Shown piece by piece: positions 12,648 to 23,841 of a stretch of 64,000 nt of DNA. The number at the start of each line of letters is the position of its first letter. Position 1 is the stretch's first letter. The notes under the pieces are model-generated. The model searched no databases. It was given only the letters and a program-made list of their open reading frames with translations, and was not told the origin of the DNA. The stretch is from Ophelia neglecta (taxonomy: Eukaryota), in assembly GCA_965285935.1 (NCBI GenBank), contig OZ260663.1, positions 13,454,001 through 13,518,000 of the forward strand, written 5' to 3'. Both the position numbers and the translations under genes were made by a program.

Positions 12648-12960
12648 CCTGGGGGGGGGGGGGGGGGCACTCATTCTGGAAATTGGTACATATGTGCCGC
12701 CCAGTCTTCAAATCACAGGCGCAAACTCTACATAATTGCTGAAAACAGGGGTCGATATTCTACATTTCAGCCATATATAGGGGTCAAAATTCTATATTTC
12801 AACCAAATATAGGGGTCGAAATTCTACATTTCAATCAAAAGTCGTACATATGCTAAAAACAGGGGTCGAAATTCTTCATAGGTCGTAAAAGGGGGGTCGA
12901 AACGGACGCACATATGTAATAACCTCAGTATACAGACTGCCCCCCCCCCCCCCCCCCGGG
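12648..12960. mobile_element. MITE (313 bp) with poly-G/poly-C TIRs and an 8-bp TSD
   Basis: TSD accagtca at 12640-12647 and 12961-12968. Ends are cctgggg...(G run)cactc and gactg(C run)cggg; the left CCTG is probably CpG-decayed CCCG. Five internal (a)ggggtcgaaattct-like subrepeats. Confidence 0.9.
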
Positions 12961-13863
12961 ACCAGTCACCAGCGTCACAAATGTGAACAAGTGGCATCAA
13001 ACACACTTGCGCAAGAAAAATGTATGTACAATATGCAATTAAATGTATCTTCCTTTATCAGTGGGTTTATATGCTTAGTATTTTATTGAGTCTGATCACG
13101 TGGTAAAGCGAAAGAATGATGGGAATGGATCATCCATCATATAAATGATATCATTAACGACAATGATTTGTCTTTCCTCAATTCCTAAAGTGCATTCCAT
13201 ATTCACAGTGCTTAATCGTCTATCGGTAACGCGCGTTACCGTCATGCAAAACAACTGTAGCGCAAATCTTCCTCAGAAATGCCTTATGTATTCAGGCTAA
13301 TGTATAACCTGCTATCTGACTTGTATTTTCAGCATTGCTTAATGTATTCTTGCTTCACACACAATAGTTTCACAAAAAAGAAAAATATTCAAAGCCGTGC
13401 TGAGTCACAGAAAATGTATGACGGCAATAGGTGTTACCAACACCCGATGAAGCACAGTGATATTGTCCACAAAACGATAATCTTGATACATTCTGTATCA
13501 ACTGTGTTTTAGTTCGATTAGGAAAGCTAATTTGTATGTGAGCCATTTTGCCTCGAGCTAGTTGATAACCATTTTTGCTTATCCCCCAAATAACCATAAC
13601 ACTGGGGAACTTTTCGTGCAAATCATGTTATACAGTGAATATAAGAATGAAAATAAAATGTAGCAGAAATGACAATTCTAAAATTCAAACTATGAAATTA
13701 CAAGAACTATGAGGAGAAAACAAAAATTTCAAATACTATGTTTTTAGTTAGTTTTATTTCTTGTACACACACCGTCTTTATATATATTTTTACATTAACA
13801 TGATGCTCTAGGTACATATTCTCACTGTTAATTGTTGGCATTTCCAGCCTAGAGTACACAACA

Positions 13864-15460
13864 TTACTTGTTTTGCTTTTTTATGATGTCGACCTCATTA
13901 TTGTAATTCATCTCCAAATCAATGTTGGTAAAATTAAGTGCCAATGGTCCAGGGCATACTTCCATTTTTTATGTTCAGGTACATAATAGTCACTGCACTC
14001 CTTTTCCTGAAACCATCGAAATATCTCATCTAGAATATCCCATGGATCGGGCTAAGACCACCAGTAACAGGTACATTCGATAATGTTTGCAAGGAAATAG
14101 TTTGACGCATAGACTAAATAACTAAATTACTCTTATAAATCGGACTTATTTTTAGATATTGCTCGGGTTTAACTGCTGTGCTTCACTGCTAAAGCAACAA
14201 CATTTCCAAAATTGAGCATAACATTAATTGGCATATTTTCTATGTGAGCTTGAACAAATGATCATTTTTCTCCTGTTTACGTCCACATGGGTGCCGGCCT
14301 CCTAAAACGGCCCGCGCAAAATATGTGACCTGCCATTACCTCGGCCACCAGTATGCGTATTATCACTTAATAATAATGCCTTATAATAACTCATTTTCCG
14401 GTATGCAATACAGATAGGCTAGCTTTTTTGCCAATGACATAGGTTTTTACTGTTCGAGACTCTTCCAAATATATGACACAATATAACTGTTGGACAGTCC
14501 TCTTGTGGCAGTCTTCAACTCGCCTGGGACTATAGTGACCCCTGGTGACTGATGTATTCTCTGGTATTAGGCTTATACCTGACAGCCCAGAGTGTGCAAT
14601 CATGCCTTATAATAGATAGAGCAGGAAAACTGGCGCCTACATCAGTTCCTTTTTGCAGAACGTTGTCATTTCTATTATCATAACCTAAATCACAAGAAGC
14701 GCCACCGGAATTACACTTTAATTCTTTCAACGGCAAGCAATGGACTTCCGTGCTCAACCTATCTATCATGACCAATTATTAACAAACAGAATCTCCTGCG
14801 AGTAGAGGCTCTCCACTTAATTTTGCACGAACATCGCCCCTCGGGAATACCACATTGGAATGCTCACCTGGTGTCGCGGAAACTAGCGTCAACCAGAATC
14901 TAAAATAATCCATTAATATCAATTTGTTCATGTCATGTTGGTATGAGAAGTATGCTTGGACGGTTTATCCCGAGTATGGTTTACTATTATCCCAAACCAC
15001 TTTAAACTAAGTCAATAATGTTTTATCAGTCCAGACTTATCGAGTAATACATGGAAATAAGCTAGTTTTCTTAAACGATCTTTTTGGACGTATCTTACCG
15101 TTATATAAAGAAGGGATGTTCGGTCTTTTAGCACATTGTTCATGATTAATTATCAACTCAGCATCAGGGGGACTCGCTTTGGTGTAACACCACTTCCCCA
15201 TTTACATTATATGACCACAAATGTATAGTGGAGAAATATGTTAGATTACCGGTTAACTCCCATGGCAATGGTGACTCAATTATATTATGGTTAGGAAGCG
15301 GCATTGCAATAGGCTTCTTTTTAAAGGACCTTTTACTACATTGGATCTACATCACCCAAATACACAATACTCTGAATATAATAGGTTTGGTTTTACCTGT
15401 TAAAAACCTGAACAGTTTTATTTTCCAGTCAGAGTATTGCCCTGTTGTATTTACCAGCAT
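13864..15460 (-). pseudogene. Decayed intronless gene of ~520 codons, type II membrane protein, NXPE/PC-esterase-like (tentative)
   Basis: Long frame with only sparse stops and shifts: MLVNTTGQYSDWKIKLFRFLTGKTKPIIFRVLCIWVM*IQC...PLPWELTG...FKVVWDNSKPYSG*TVQAYFSY...RFWLTLVSATPG..FPRGDVRAKLSGEPLLAG...TEVHCLP...HYSPRRVEDCHKR..VIYLEESRT...DPWDILDEIFRWFQEKECSDYYV...VCPGPLALNFTNID...NK*. Resembles the NXPE GGDxxRARL motif, the GDS motif and the C-terminal DxxH region. Confidence 0.45.
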
Positions 15461-15679
15461 TCACCAGTAAGTATTCGGAACGGGTCATTCTATATAGAAT
15501 ATTCGGTCCCAACTTGCTAACTAATCATTCATAATGACTAAACAAGGTGTAGAAGCACATAGAGTCCCAAAATATATCCTACATATGTATTTATCTCAAA
15601 TGCTGACAATGTGTTCACAATGCTATCCATGAATTGAAGGTAGGCTCGTGATTTTACTTGCACCGGCAACATTAAATCG

Positions 15680-16043
15680 TAACTGCAATATATCATCACC
15701 AAGCAAAAGAGCTACAGCTAATGCACACGATGTCACAAAATACGGCAGCACGCGATATAAAGCCATGTAATTCATCGCTTTTACAGTAATCAGAGGAAAT
15801 AGGTTTCATGTAAGATTTTGCAGTATGCTGAAATTTCCTACAGTTGTATTGAGGGCAGTCAACAACTATAATGCTTGTTTCCATGACGTTTTCTGGTTCT
15901 ACTGCAGTTTTGCACAGCAAAGACGTTTCACTAAGTGCCCATTAGTAGAGACCGCGTCTGGAAACATGGCAAAGTTTTGTGCCGTTTAAGAGATAACAAA
16001 TGTCAGTTGCTCTTGTGACACAGATAATGTATCTGGTATATGA
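15680..16043 (+). pseudogene. Possible decayed cysteine-rich exon (cystine-knot/Spaetzle-like?)
   Basis: One frame, two stops: NCNISSPSKRATANAHDVTKYGSTRYKAM*FIAFTVIRGNRFHVRFCSMLK...NACFHDVFWFYCSF...KCPL...KFCAV*EITNVSCSCDTD, with a C-x-C near the end. Confidence 0.2.
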
Positions 16044-18485
16044 TATTAAAGCTGTGGCAGGCCAGACAAGTAATAAGTATTGCATCTCATGCAAGACATC
16101 GCATAACAGTATGGAGAATTGATAAAAATCTCTTTTTATTACTTTGTTCCTCTTAAGTTCTGCTTATTTGTCAAATTAAATAAATCTGAATCAATAGTTC
16201 AATGAATTGTGATATTTTCCAATAATTACTCAGAAATCATGATATTATGCAAACATGTCCATGAATGATCTACAATGCCCGCTTAAGCAGTTTTATACAA
16301 TTCTCATGAATCAGCTGCTATATTAGATATGTCTGGAAAGAGACATATTTAGGTGTTACCAAACTATTTCCGAGCAAGAAAATATGGCAAAACTCATTTA
16401 ATTATACATTTCTGGCGGCAAAGTTCTTCCCAGCTTCATGTTAGAGCGTGGTTTGCTATGGCCACGCGGGTGAATGATGTGCAGAAAATGTAAAGTGTGC
16501 AAGAAATTATTGCGAATTCGGCGAAAATGTCACATTGTTGCTTTCTTATTATGGGGATCATTGTGTATCATTTGCTTTAATAGAGCCGATTATAAATATC
16601 TTAGTCAACCTAGCAATTGACCCAACAGACAATCACGTTTTCACCAAGCGCAGAACGGCTCAAGTTGAATGGGCTTGCCCAATTTGCTACGTTTAAGAGC
16701 GTTTCGTGCAACGTTACCTTTGAATTTTATATACACAGTGGGCTTGGGAGCGCAAAAAAAAAACACAATATTCTCAATTTCGATTATATGACAACAAGTA
16801 ATTATAAATCGCTTGCAACCATTAAATCTCAACTTAATAACATATTATAACATGTCCCTAGCGCAGTTGCTGTCAGCTTTAGTTTACCAAATTGGTGCCC
16901 GGGGAGATGATTATTATCAACAACACCTGGCAACTTCTTCCGCTAAACAAGTGTCTGTTTGCAGCATCTTTGCCATCGGGATAAAGTTTGAAACTAGTTG
17001 CTGGCGAAATAAGAGATATAACTTTGATGATGAATTACCCTTTGTGTGTCATCTCAGCAGTGAAATGTAAATGGAGGAGTCTTAGTTAGTGTGTAAGTTA
17101 TCAACATGCCCGTATTTTAGTTAAACCTAGTAATGTTTTCTTTCTCTTGTACATCAATGTCTACACTTAGGCTTTTTCCTCTTCATCGATGTGTGACCAA
17201 ATGGAAAAAACAAATAGGTGGGAAAGCTGCCGCCGTGAATATTGCCAAAAATTTCATATATAAACCGCTAACTATAGCTATTTTGCATTCGATGCGCTCG
17301 ATGCTTATGAAAATAAATATATAGAAAAGTTGGTTTACATACAGCTACATACATACAGAGCTTTCTGATAACACGTGAACTTACCATATTTGGCCCACGG
17401 ACAAATTGATGAAAAAAAATGTCAAACGAAATTTTCAGTTTCTTGGTGCAGCCACTAGTTCCTACCAAGTTATTAAAGGAACGCAACTGTGACAATGACA
17501 TGCCATCTGCCCCAGTTCGTGAGGGTCTAAAGTGACAGGTAAACGGCATGGCGGTTTGTAATCGTATTTTCCCTTTTTAATATTTAATCCAACATATGAC
17601 ATGTTTATTAAGCAAACTTTACATCAGCTCATTAAATTAATATGTCATAAGTTTTAAGGGTCTAGTTTGTATACATTTAATAGAACTCGAGCCACTCCTG
17701 CCTGGATAATGAAGAAATTACGACAACATAACGGCTGTCAAAGATGCAGCAGAGCAGAGTATCCAATATGTGCAAGATTATTATAAACATTATTAACAAA
17801 CCCCGAATGTGTAAATTTGCTCAGAATTGTGCAATTTTGACACAAAAGAACTAAATTTGGATGCGATGTACTCACCCTGCATGGGAATCATATGATTACA
17901 AGATCCAAGTCAAATAATAAAGGGAATTGGCCTAATTACTATTAATCTACCATTGCCACAATATTCCATGGAAACTGGTCTTATTTGCCTATGGTGGTTA
18001 GGCTAAGAAATAGTATTAAAATGCACACACTATTATGTGGAATACTTTTTATACAAATGGGCTGGTTCTAATTTTCCTAAGTGCAAAATAACCTCCAAAT
18101 TCCTGCCAAAAAGCAGCTAATTTGACACATTCCGCATATTGACAGGAAACCAACACTATGTGTGGACACTATTTTACCACACCAATAATTAATATAGCTG
18201 ATTGTACTGGGAACTGTTTCAAAATGTCTTCGACTAAATTTTCCGCAGTTGATACTTACAAAAAGATCGTGCATGTATAGGAAATAAAGTACTTTCATAG
18301 AGACATAATCGTTAACTCTGAGTCAGTTCTCAATTGATACTAAGCAAAGAGAATTTTTGAACATTTTTATAAGTTTTCCTGGAAATCTCTATAAGAATAA
18401 GAGTAGAGGTTTCCTCTTAGATATCTAGTCCAGGTAAGGTCTTTCCTGCCCCGCTCTGTATTTCGATGAGATATTCTTTATTACT

Positions 18486-19050
18486 TGCCTAACAGCAAAA
18501 CAGCAGGTAAACAAGGCTCTTAATGCATGGCGCAGAGTTAATAGCAACGCTCGTCTTGATTCTTATCTGACTGCTAAGAAACACTTAAAGGATAATTGTC
18601 GTTCTAAGAAACTGTTATTTAAGCAGTCAAACCACCATACCATACTCCAGGCTGTAAAAGCAAACAATTGTGTCTGGAAAGAACTTAAGGACATTAATTC
18701 AAATAATGCTGGTATAAATAAGGATATTTCAATTGGAGAATGGTATAATTATTTCCAAAGACTACTAAATGTTCAGCAAGACAGTTCTGGTTCAAACTTT
18801 ACAGATTTAATTGACTCTTATGATCTACAGGGTGATAATCGCAACGTTATTGATCCTGAAATCTTAAATTGTGAGATTTCAACCGAAGAAATATATTCAG
18901 TAATTACGAACTTGCCAAATGGTAAAGCAGCAGGTCCTGATGGCATAATATATGAAATGTTTAAATCGTCTACAGGTATTCTTGTGCCACACTTGTATGT
19001 TCTGTTTAATGCTATTATGGATAATGGTGTCTATCCCGATTCTTGGTGTG
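18486..19050 (+). pseudogene. Host LINE ORF2, N-terminal remnant (pre-RT linker and start of RT)
   Basis: Stop-free frame CLTAKQQVNKALNAWRR...VWKELK...EWYNYFQRLLN...LNCEISTEEI...GKAAGPDGI...PDSWC; not listed in the ORF track. Confidence 0.85.
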
Positions 19051-19293
19051 GTAGTAGTAGTAGTAGTAGTAGTAAGTTTTATTTATTATAGTGACAGTGC
19101 CAGTATACATAAATTCACAAAGATTATACATATTACATTTTCAGTCTGGCCCAGCCCCATGGGCATACAAAGTCACTCTAGTTATTTAATTCAACTTAAC
19201 CAATGTTCTACTGCCAGTAATAGGAAAGCACTATTTGTTAAACATAAAAGGGAGGAATTGCGGAAAATATTATTACACAAGTGAAGGTTTAGC

Positions 19294-21894
19294 CTAGCGA
19301 TACACAAATGAACGTCTTATATCCATGGCCCTCAACACAAAGTTTGACATTTTTCTGCATCCATTATTAAACAAAACATTCAGTTTTTTCTCCAGGGACA
19401 TGACAATGAAACCATTGTACTGATTAAGGTTACAAACCTCCGATAGCCACTGGGAAGGCAACTGATTATATCTCGAACATTCAAATAACAAGTGGACTTC
19501 GTCCTCAATACAATTTGGACAGAACTCACATACCCTGTCCTTTAAAGCTATACCACTAAATCTACCAGTTTCCACAAACAGTGGCAGTACACCCAGCCGC
19601 AACTGTGCCAAATGAGATCGCTCACCAGGAGATAAGTTTATTTTGACATAGGGTTCAACTTCTAGGCAGTTCTTAAATTTGCAATAAAATCTCAACTTTG
19701 GCTTACAAACAATTTTCTGTGACCAGTCTACAGACTGTATTTGTTTCATATTTAGCTCACATTCATCAATATTTACATTTCTAATAAATGAAAAGTATTG
19801 TTGTTTTCCCATCCTGACAAAGATATCCTTCATATCATCACACCAATTTCGCACCCCCCTGCTACTTAAAGAGAAATCCCATAAAAATACCTTCTTTGTT
19901 AGTCTATTGTCTGGTAATGACAACAAATGATTCCACAACCTGATCATACATTTCCATCTACGGTATACAGGTCTCACCCAAGCCATGTCTCCTTCTAAAC
20001 CCAACTGTGGTGTAAATTTATGTACCCCCAAAAAGACACGAATTGCTCTATAATACACACTATCACATGAAGGGAAGGGCCTGTGGCCCCAAACACCAGA
20101 ACCATATTCCAAAATAGGACATACACATGACTCGTATAGCTTAGAGTATGTTGAATAACCCATGAACTTAACGCTTTTATATTTCGATATAATTGCACCT
20201 AGTGCTCTGCTTGCTGCAGCTGACAGAGTTTCTGCATTGACATCATACTTATGAAACTCAGAAAAGATTACACCCAAGTATTTATAACTATTACAATAAG
20301 ATATTTCAAGATTACCAACGTGGAATTTAAATTCACTACGCTTTTGCCTGACCTTTCTAAAGTGGATAACTTTAGATTTACTTTGATTAATAGAAACCTT
20401 CCATTTCCGACACCATTCAAAAAGCTTATCAGGCATACACTGGAGTTTCTCTTCACTTGGTGCAACCAAGGCAATGTCATCCGCATACAGTAATATACCA
20501 AGCATAAAATTTTCAATTTCAACACCCATGTTCAAAGAATTTATTTCCTTGGCAAAGTCATTAATAAAAATTGAAAACAGTGTCGGTGACAAAGAATCAC
20601 CTTGCCTTACCCCGAATTTTGTTTCAAACCAAGGTGTCATATGCGTATTTACTTTTACACATGCCTCTGTCATTGCATACATAGCCTTTATTGCGGTACA
20701 TACCTTACCATCAATTCCAATATTCAATATTTTATACATTAAATAATCCCTTTTCACACAATCAAAAGCTTTTTGGAAATCAATATATGCCACAAAAGTA
20801 GGTAAATTCTGTTCCATTCTACTTCTGATAACTGAATCTAAAACAAATATGTGGTCTTCGCAGGACCTCTTCTTTCTAAATCCATTTTGTTCATCAACCA
20901 ATTTATTACCAGCCTCCAGGAATTCTACAATTCTATGATTCATCAAACTACTATAAATCTTTGCAGTGCAGCATATGAGACTAATACCACTATAAGACAT
21001 GGGAATTCTGGGGTCATTCTCCGCAGCTTTAGGGATTGGTACAATAATTGCTTTCCTCCACAGTGACGGGATTTTACATGCATCAAAACAAAGCTGGTAT
21101 AAGTGAACAAGGACATCAATGACACAATCGTTTTTAAACACCTCGTAAGGCAAATCATCTAACCCATGAGCCTTACCATTTTTACTATTCGTGACTATCT
21201 TCAAAACTTCACTTCTCTGGAAATTACAATTCAGGGCTAAATTACTATCATATAGAGGATCTACCATCTCACTTTCTTTTAGGCTGACATAATTCCGTAC
21301 CTGATTATTAAAATTCAAATCTTCGCTATTATCCAGGGTACCATTATATAAAGCAGCAAAGTCATCTTTCCATTTTGTCAGTACCTCTTGTTCATTAGTA
21401 GATATATTACCTCCCTCTGTATAAACCTGCATCGGTATATCGTTTTTTCTGGTTCTGGGTCCTAGCTTTTTTAACTGGTCCCAAAATTGATTTGCATCAT
21501 CGGTTACCATCTTATCAATACTCTCACATTTTCCTAATCTTTCCTTACGTTCAAAATATCTGAAGCGCCTATCAAATTTTTTTTGTGCTTTATTGAACCG
21601 TTCATGATTTCTAATTCTTTCATTCCTACCTCTACTCTTTCTTACACATTCATCTGCATCTTTCATAATTTTCCATAACTCCTGCAATTCATCATTCCAG
21701 AAACTCTTAGTACATCTGTATTTCTTTCTCATTGCATTTGAAACATTAATAAATGGAAGTCTATCTCTCATTTCCATAATAACCTTCGTTCTAAATTCTT
21801 CATACACTTTGTCTATATCCTGTTGTGTCTCTCTGTTACATTCAATTATTTCAATAAGTTCAACCATAGCCTCTCTACTTACATCTGATGCCAT
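19294..21894 (-). CDS. Inner LINE ORF2, reverse transcriptase and C-terminal Cys-His motif
   Basis: 866-aa open frame with KAHGLDDL, EQNGFRKKRSCEDHIF, IDFQKAFD, GVRQGDSLSPTLF, LLYADD, YKYLG and CEFCPNCIEDEVHLLFEC. Confidence 0.95.
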   Translation of the reverse strand: MASDVSREAMVELIEIIECNRETQQDIDKVYEEFRTKVIMEMRDRLPFINVSNAMRKKYRCTKSFWNDELQELWKIMKDADECVRKSRGRNERIRNHERFNKAQKKFDRRFRYFERKERLGKCESIDKMVTDDANQFWDQLKKLGPRTRKNDIPMQVYTEGGNISTNEQEVLTKWKDDFAALYNGTLDNSEDLNFNNQVRNYVSLKESEMVDPLYDSNLALNCNFQRSEVLKIVTNSKNGKAHGLDDLPYEVFKNDCVIDVLVHLYQLCFDACKIPSLWRKAIIVPIPKAAENDPRIPMSYSGISLICCTAKIYSSLMNHRIVEFLEAGNKLVDEQNGFRKKRSCEDHIFVLDSVIRSRMEQNLPTFVAYIDFQKAFDCVKRDYLMYKILNIGIDGKVCTAIKAMYAMTEACVKVNTHMTPWFETKFGVRQGDSLSPTLFSIFINDFAKEINSLNMGVEIENFMLGILLYADDIALVAPSEEKLQCMPDKLFEWCRKWKVSINQSKSKVIHFRKVRQKRSEFKFHVGNLEISYCNSYKYLGVIFSEFHKYDVNAETLSAAASRALGAIISKYKSVKFMGYSTYSKLYESCVCPILEYGSGVWGHRPFPSCDSVYYRAIRVFLGVHKFTPQLGLEGDMAWVRPVYRRWKCMIRLWNHLLSLPDNRLTKKVFLWDFSLSSRGVRNWCDDMKDIFVRMGKQQYFSFIRNVNIDECELNMKQIQSVDWSQKIVCKPKLRFYCKFKNCLEVEPYVKINLSPGERSHLAQLRLGVLPLFVETGRFSGIALKDRVCEFCPNCIEDEVHLLFECSRYNQLPSQWLSEVCNLNQYNGFIVMSLEKKLNVLFNNGCRKMSNFVLRAMDIRRSFVYR

Positions 21895-21926
21895 GAAATT
21901 ATTATCGATCTTCCTAATGTTATATT

Positions 21927-22829
21927 TTACTTCTCTTTTTGTATATTAGAGACATCATCGGCCGCTTCCTCATTCGCCCGTAAAGCAAATGTACACAATT
22001 CAAAGGTCAATAATGAATGTTTTGGGATTTTTGACCTTTCCTTTACATAACAATAGAGATTAAAATCATCCACAATATTTATACATGAATTAACCTTAAA
22101 ATTGGTGCAGCGTGTAAGTACACCATTGGGAACCAAAATATAGTCAACCACTGACAAACCTGCTGACATTTTACTTGTAAAAGCATTATCTGATGAAGAC
22201 CCAGCCCTTCCATTCAGAATACAAAATTTAGACTCGTACAAAAACTCAATCATTGATTTGCCATGCTGGTTAACTATGCTGTCAATACACTCTCTATGAG
22301 GTATATGATCAATGCCAGTAATAAAGTCTGCCTTATCACCAACCCTTGCATTATAATCACCACATAAAATAATAGCGTCCAGTTCACAGTTAATGTACAC
22401 CAAATTTAATAAATGAGCAAACAACGAAACCGCGTCTCTACCCCATGGACTATTTTCTGGTGGTAGATAACAACAAAAAAACCCAACACCAAATTCACTT
22501 ACACTATTTCTCAAAACAATACCAATAATGCCCCCATATGATGTGTCAATAGACACTAGCTCAAAACATTTCAATAAGCACTTATTTATAAATATACCAA
22601 CTCCACCTGAACCTCCAGGTGCTCGCACATGTGTGTGTTGTCTATTCTTACCAAACCATTCATAGTTCTGTAAACTTATAGCTTCGTCTCCTAGGAGGTG
22701 CGTCTCCTGCACACAGATTATATCCAATCTCTGAGACAGTAGTATCTCCTGCCTTAAAGTACTGTTATTCACTGTCCACCCATCACAGTTCAAACTTCCT
22801 ATTCTGAGGCTGTTCCAAACGGCACTGTT
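21927..22829 (-). CDS. Inner LINE ORF2, apurinic-like endonuclease domain
   Basis: LRIGSLNCDG, DIICVQETHL, GGVGIFI, CYLPP, ILCGDYNAR, SVVDYILV. The terminal SDH motif reads PKH. A 1-nt frameshift near 21930 separates it from the RT part. Confidence 0.88.
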   Translation of the reverse strand, partial: NSAVWNSLRIGSLNCDGWTVNNSTLRQEILLSQRLDIICVQETHLLGDEAISLQNYEWFGKNRQHTHVRAPGGSGGVGIFINKCLLKCFELVSIDTSYGGIIGIVLRNSVSEFGVGFFCCYLPPENSPWGRDAVSLFAHLLNLVYINCELDAIILCGDYNARVGDKADFITGIDHIPHRECIDSIVNQHGKSMIEFLYESKFCILNGRAGSSSDNAFTSKMSAGLSVVDYILVPNGVLTRCTNFKVNSCINIVDDFNLYCYVKERSKIPKHSLLTFELCTFALRANEEAADDVSNIQKEK

Positions 22830-23650
22830 CTACTGCTGTGCACAATTCTCTCTATCCCTTCCGCCCCCATCTCCTCCTTGTCCACCATCAGTGTCCTTGG
22901 GAACAATTCTTCCACTTCCTGTCAACCTGTACTTTCTACCTCCTGGTATTTCGTTCAGTACGGTCCTGAAGTTGAGATCGATGAGCCTCTCCACATGGGT
23001 TTTAGAAGACCTTATAAAGACCTTACCGAGAGCTGTATATTGCTTAAGTTTGGCTTTCTCTCTCAAAATTTGAATCTTTGTGTCCTCATCCTGGACTTCC
23101 ATTTTCACTATCCCCGGCCTACCACCTCGATGTGGGGTTCTCATGGCACGTACCACCCTTGCTGCTGGGATACCAACCCCTTCGTGAATAAGCTGTGTGG
23201 TTTTAGCAATAATATCTTCATCTTCGTGGTATTTCATTCCAATGGCTATCAAGGTGGTGGTGTTATCATAGGGGTCCTTAGTCGGGGTTTGAGCCTGCCG
23301 TAATCTCTCTATTTCTGTTATTCTAGTTTCCAGTCAATCTATACTGTTCTCCAAACGACTTACATGAATAGCCAATTCTTCTTTCACTGAAGTTATTTTG
23401 TCTTCTATAGCATCTAGCAGTTTGTCTTCGAGATTTTTAAATCTTTGTTCCATGCTCTGCCTGAAACTACCTAACTCCCTTTGCAGTTCTTTCAATGTGT
23501 CTTTAATAGTTAGCTTATTTTCGTCTGGCATACTGTCAGTTTCTGGAGAGCTTTCTTTTGTTTTCTTGGATGGGGTGACTCATCACTCAGTCTTCTTCTA
23601 AAACGATCAATAATAATACTCTCCTTGGGGCTGTGCGTACCGGTAGCCAT
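22830..23650 (-). pseudogene. Inner LINE ORF1 (coiled-coil + RRM-like), two frameshifts
   Basis: MATGTHSPKE..RRRLSDES / TPSKKTKE..LKELQRELGSFRQSMEQRFKNLEDKL..RLENSID / ETRITEIERL..TTLIAIGM..RAMRTP..RPGIVKME..KIQILREKAKLK..VFIRSSKTHVER; shifts near 23575 and 23335. Confidence 0.8.
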
Positions 23651-23841
23651 TTAGAAATACTACCATGTGCATAGAAACAAAAATCCAAGTACTAAGACCA
23701 GCCAAAGTGCACCCACTTGTACACACACATGTGATATATTCGCTGTATCCAGCTAGCCCTATGTCCACTGACCAGCACATACATATTCTACAGCATGCCA
23801 AAGTTCACGGCTGAGCGACCTCAATGGTACTAGCTACTATG

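Larger units (their letters stand above)
19051..23841 (-). mobile_element. Apparently full-length CR1/L2-group LINE (ORF1 + APE-RT ORF2), nested in another LINE
   Basis: TSD TGGTGTG at 19044-19050 and 23842-23848. 3' end has AATAAA plus a (TAC)8 tail (19051-19074) and a UTR stem-loop gccca-N6-tgggc (19149-19164). About 190 nt of 5' UTR precede the ATG at 23650. Confidence 0.95.

Noticed and set aside
12740-12905. Spaced direct repeats resembling a CRISPR array
   Set aside because: Eukaryotic context, short irregular spacers, no cas genes; they are MITE subrepeats.
18952-19284. 110-aa ORF with a poly-Val hydrophobic stretch
   Set aside because: The Val run is the (GTA)n antisense LINE tail; the ORF spans the insertion junction.
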